From NCBI RefSeq assembly GCF_055900595.2, contig NZ_CM148325.1: 64,000 nt of DNA; one strand, 5' to 3'. The position numbers and the translations under genes are program-made. Positions 61,838-64,000 of the stretch are shown piece after piece (positions within the stretch are counted from its first letter, which is position 1; every line of letters starts with the position of its first letter). Under the pieces are notes generated by a model. That model did not search any database. It saw nothing but the letters and a program-made list of their open reading frames with translations, and was not told the origin of the DNA.

Positions 61838-63853
61838 TTACAACACCTCGCGAACCGAGATCCCCAGCCGCTGCATTCGTGATAGCAGCGTGGTGCGCTT
61901 CATCCCTAATCGCGTCGCCGCGCCACGGGGCCCGGCAACAATGCCATTGGTTTCTCGCAATACCTGAACAATGCGCTGACGTTCTTCTTCGTCATTCTCT
62001 GGCGTCGTCGGGTGCAGTAACTGCGCCATTGAACTGCGAAGCGCCGAATTTTCATTTAACGTCGGCAGTAAACGGCTTTGGCGGACATTAAGATGTAAAT
62101 TCAGACTGTTACCGCGAGTCAGTAATACCGCTCGCTCAATCACGTTTTCCAGCTCGCGCACGTTGCCCGGCCAGTCCCACGACATCAACTGGCGTAGCGC
62201 TTCTGTTGGAATGGCATCAATTGTGCGATTCATATGGCGCGCCATTTTTTGTGTAAAATGTTTTGCTAAAAGAGGGATATCTTCCGGACGGTCGCGTAGC
62301 GGCGGCAATTCCAGTGGAAAGACGTTAAGTCGATAAAAGAGATCGCTGCGAAACTGGCGATCTTCTACCATTTGCCACAAATCACGGTTGGTGGCGGCAA
62401 TGACTCTGACATTCACCGGGATCGTTCTACTCCCACCGAGACGCTCAATTTCCCGCTCCTGTAATACGCGTAGCAGTTTGGGCTGAAGTTCTAACGGCAG
62501 ATCGCCAATTTCATCGAGAAATAACGTGCCGCCATCGGCAATTTCAAAACGACCACGATGAGTGTTAATCGCGCCAGTAAATGCCCCTTTGTCGTGACCG
62601 AATAACTCACTTTCCAGAAGACTGGCGGGGATAGCGGCGCAGTTGATTTTGACCAGCGGCTTGTCGCGTCGCGGGCTCAGTTGATGGATCGCCCTGGCGA
62701 TCACCTCTTTGCCGGTTCCGGTTTCACCACAAATCAACACCGTACTGTCGCTCTTCGCCACAATATCTACCTGCTGGAGTAAATCTTCCATTGCCTGGCT
62801 TTGGTAGATAATGTCACCGACGCCCAGATTCGAAAGGAGCTGCTCGCTAAGCTGGTGATTTTCTTGCTGTAAGCTTTCCTGCAAATCGGTCATGCTACGC
62901 CAGGCATCGGCATTGCCAACGGCAATAGCGATGCGATCGGCAATATGTTGTAGTAGCTGGCAGTTTTCCTCACTAAAGAGAGTGGGAGAGGTATGCGCCA
63001 GCAACAATGCACCCGGTGTATGGTTGCCAAAGGTGAGCGGTATAAGGAGCGCAGATTCGCAGCCGTTAGATGCAAGTAAGTGTAATAACGGGTCGCGTTG
63101 CCAGAGAAACAGATCGTCTGCACGGTGCGTCAAGGTCGGTTGTCGGGTTTGTAGCGTTTGTGTCAGCAATACACTTTCGCCAGGCATACAGCGTGGCAGA
63201 CACGCACAATGTGAGGCAGAAAGATCGCTGCACCACAGGCTGAACTTCTCGTTCTTTCGATGATCGCCCAGTACCATACTGACTGAAGCCAGACCGAAAA
63301 AATGATGGATCTCACGAGCGACGTCAGCGATCAGATCGTCGAGATCAAGATGTGACAACACTGCATTAGTGATATCCACCAGTACCCGATGATGATCGCG
63401 ATCTTTCTCCAGCAAACGCAGCGCCACCTGCTGTTCTTCATCATTGAGCCATGATTGCAGAACCGGAGTGATTATGTGTGCCAGCCAGTTAAACAGTGTG
63501 CAATCCAGGGGAGTAAAACGACTGCCGTGGGTGCGAATAAAGCGTAGCTCCGCCATTCCACTACTGCCGAGAAGGACGGCGTGGCGCGAATAATCGACCA
63601 TCTCGCCCTGATACTCTGTTGTTGCCGTCACATCGCTGCCATCATCATGGTAGCGGTAATAGAAGTTGCTTTTGAGAACATGCAGTTCAATAAGTTGTAC
63701 CGGGCTGAACGGCGGCGGCAGCGGGATGAAGGCGCGTAATAAAGACGCCTTGCCGTGTTTCTGCGCTAACCGCTCCGCGAGCATTCCGTTTACCGCTTCA
63801 ATTGTTATTCCTTGTGGCGGGGCAAACATCGCCTCGTCTGACATAGCCATCAA
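61838..63853 (-). CDS. hyfR: Sigma-54-dependent transcriptional activator HyfR
   Basis: 671 aa; AAA+ sigma-54 interaction domain (VLICGETGTGKEV, ESELFGH), GAF-like N-terminus, C-terminal HTH. Confidence 0.9.
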   Translation of the reverse strand: MMAMSDEAMFAPPQGITIEAVNGMLAERLAQKHGKASLLRAFIPLPPPFSPVQLIELHVLKSNFYYRYHDDGSDVTATTEYQGEMVDYSRHAVLLGSSGMAELRFIRTHGSRFTPLDCTLFNWLAHIITPVLQSWLNDEEQQVALRLLEKDRDHHRVLVDITNAVLSHLDLDDLIADVAREIHHFFGLASVSMVLGDHRKNEKFSLWCSDLSASHCACLPRCMPGESVLLTQTLQTRQPTLTHRADDLFLWQRDPLLHLLASNGCESALLIPLTFGNHTPGALLLAHTSPTLFSEENCQLLQHIADRIAIAVGNADAWRSMTDLQESLQQENHQLSEQLLSNLGVGDIIYQSQAMEDLLQQVDIVAKSDSTVLICGETGTGKEVIARAIHQLSPRRDKPLVKINCAAIPASLLESELFGHDKGAFTGAINTHRGRFEIADGGTLFLDEIGDLPLELQPKLLRVLQEREIERLGGSRTIPVNVRVIAATNRDLWQMVEDRQFRSDLFYRLNVFPLELPPLRDRPEDIPLLAKHFTQKMARHMNRTIDAIPTEALRQLMSWDWPGNVRELENVIERAVLLTRGNSLNLHLNVRQSRLLPTLNENSALRSSMAQLLHPTTPENDEEERQRIVQVLRETNGIVAGPRGAATRLGMKRTTLLSRMQRLGISVREVL

Positions 63854-63879
63854 CAGTCCTTATTAATGAGAAATCCTTC

Positions 63880-64000
63880 TCACGCAATTTTTCTGGCCAT
63901 CAGATAGATGGCCGGTTCCTGCACAATTTCATCCAACAGATGAATGAATTGAATGCTACGCGCCTGCCACACAGACGTCGCGTCATCTGCCAGTGGCGCG
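63880..64000 (-). CDS. hyfJ: 3' end of an upstream hyf-operon gene (probably hyfJ), truncated by the window
   Basis: Minus-strand open frame from the window edge ending at the stop at 63880-63882 (... QEPAIYLMARKIA); assignment by position only. Confidence 0.35.
   Translation of the reverse strand, partial: APLADDATSVWQARSIQFIHLLDEIVQEPAIYLMARKIA

Overview
Enterobacterial (E. coli-like) chromosome segment, in reverse orientation relative to the K-12 map as I recall it, running from a giant RatA-like adhesin gene and xseA-guaBA at the left to yfgIHG-pdeF-ppx-ppk-purNM-upp-uraA-hda-yfgD-bepA-perM-focB-hyfR at the right. Between guaA and yfgI sits a ~35-kb P2-like (Peduovirinae) prophage, integrated into the 3' end of guaA and bounded by a 14-bp direct repeat (9809-9822 and 44813-44826). 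Its structural genes are P2-like (Q P / O N M L X ... H G / FI FII E E' T U D), but the replication-integration module is P4/HP1-like (int, AlpA, Dam methylase, primase-helicase, Ogr). The prophage carries several accessory cargo loci. The most interesting is an AT-rich four-gene cassette (16581-19583) directly downstream of the repressor-like HTH gene: an NdpA/YejK-like protein, a 2-TM membrane protein and two unknowns, which I propose as a candidate undescribed abortive-infection/defence system in a cI-rexAB-like arrangement. Other cargo includes two Dam-family methyltransferases, a HicAB module, a Doc/Fic toxin operon and small unknown genes. All calls rest on reading the sequence and recalled family motifs; no database search was run.
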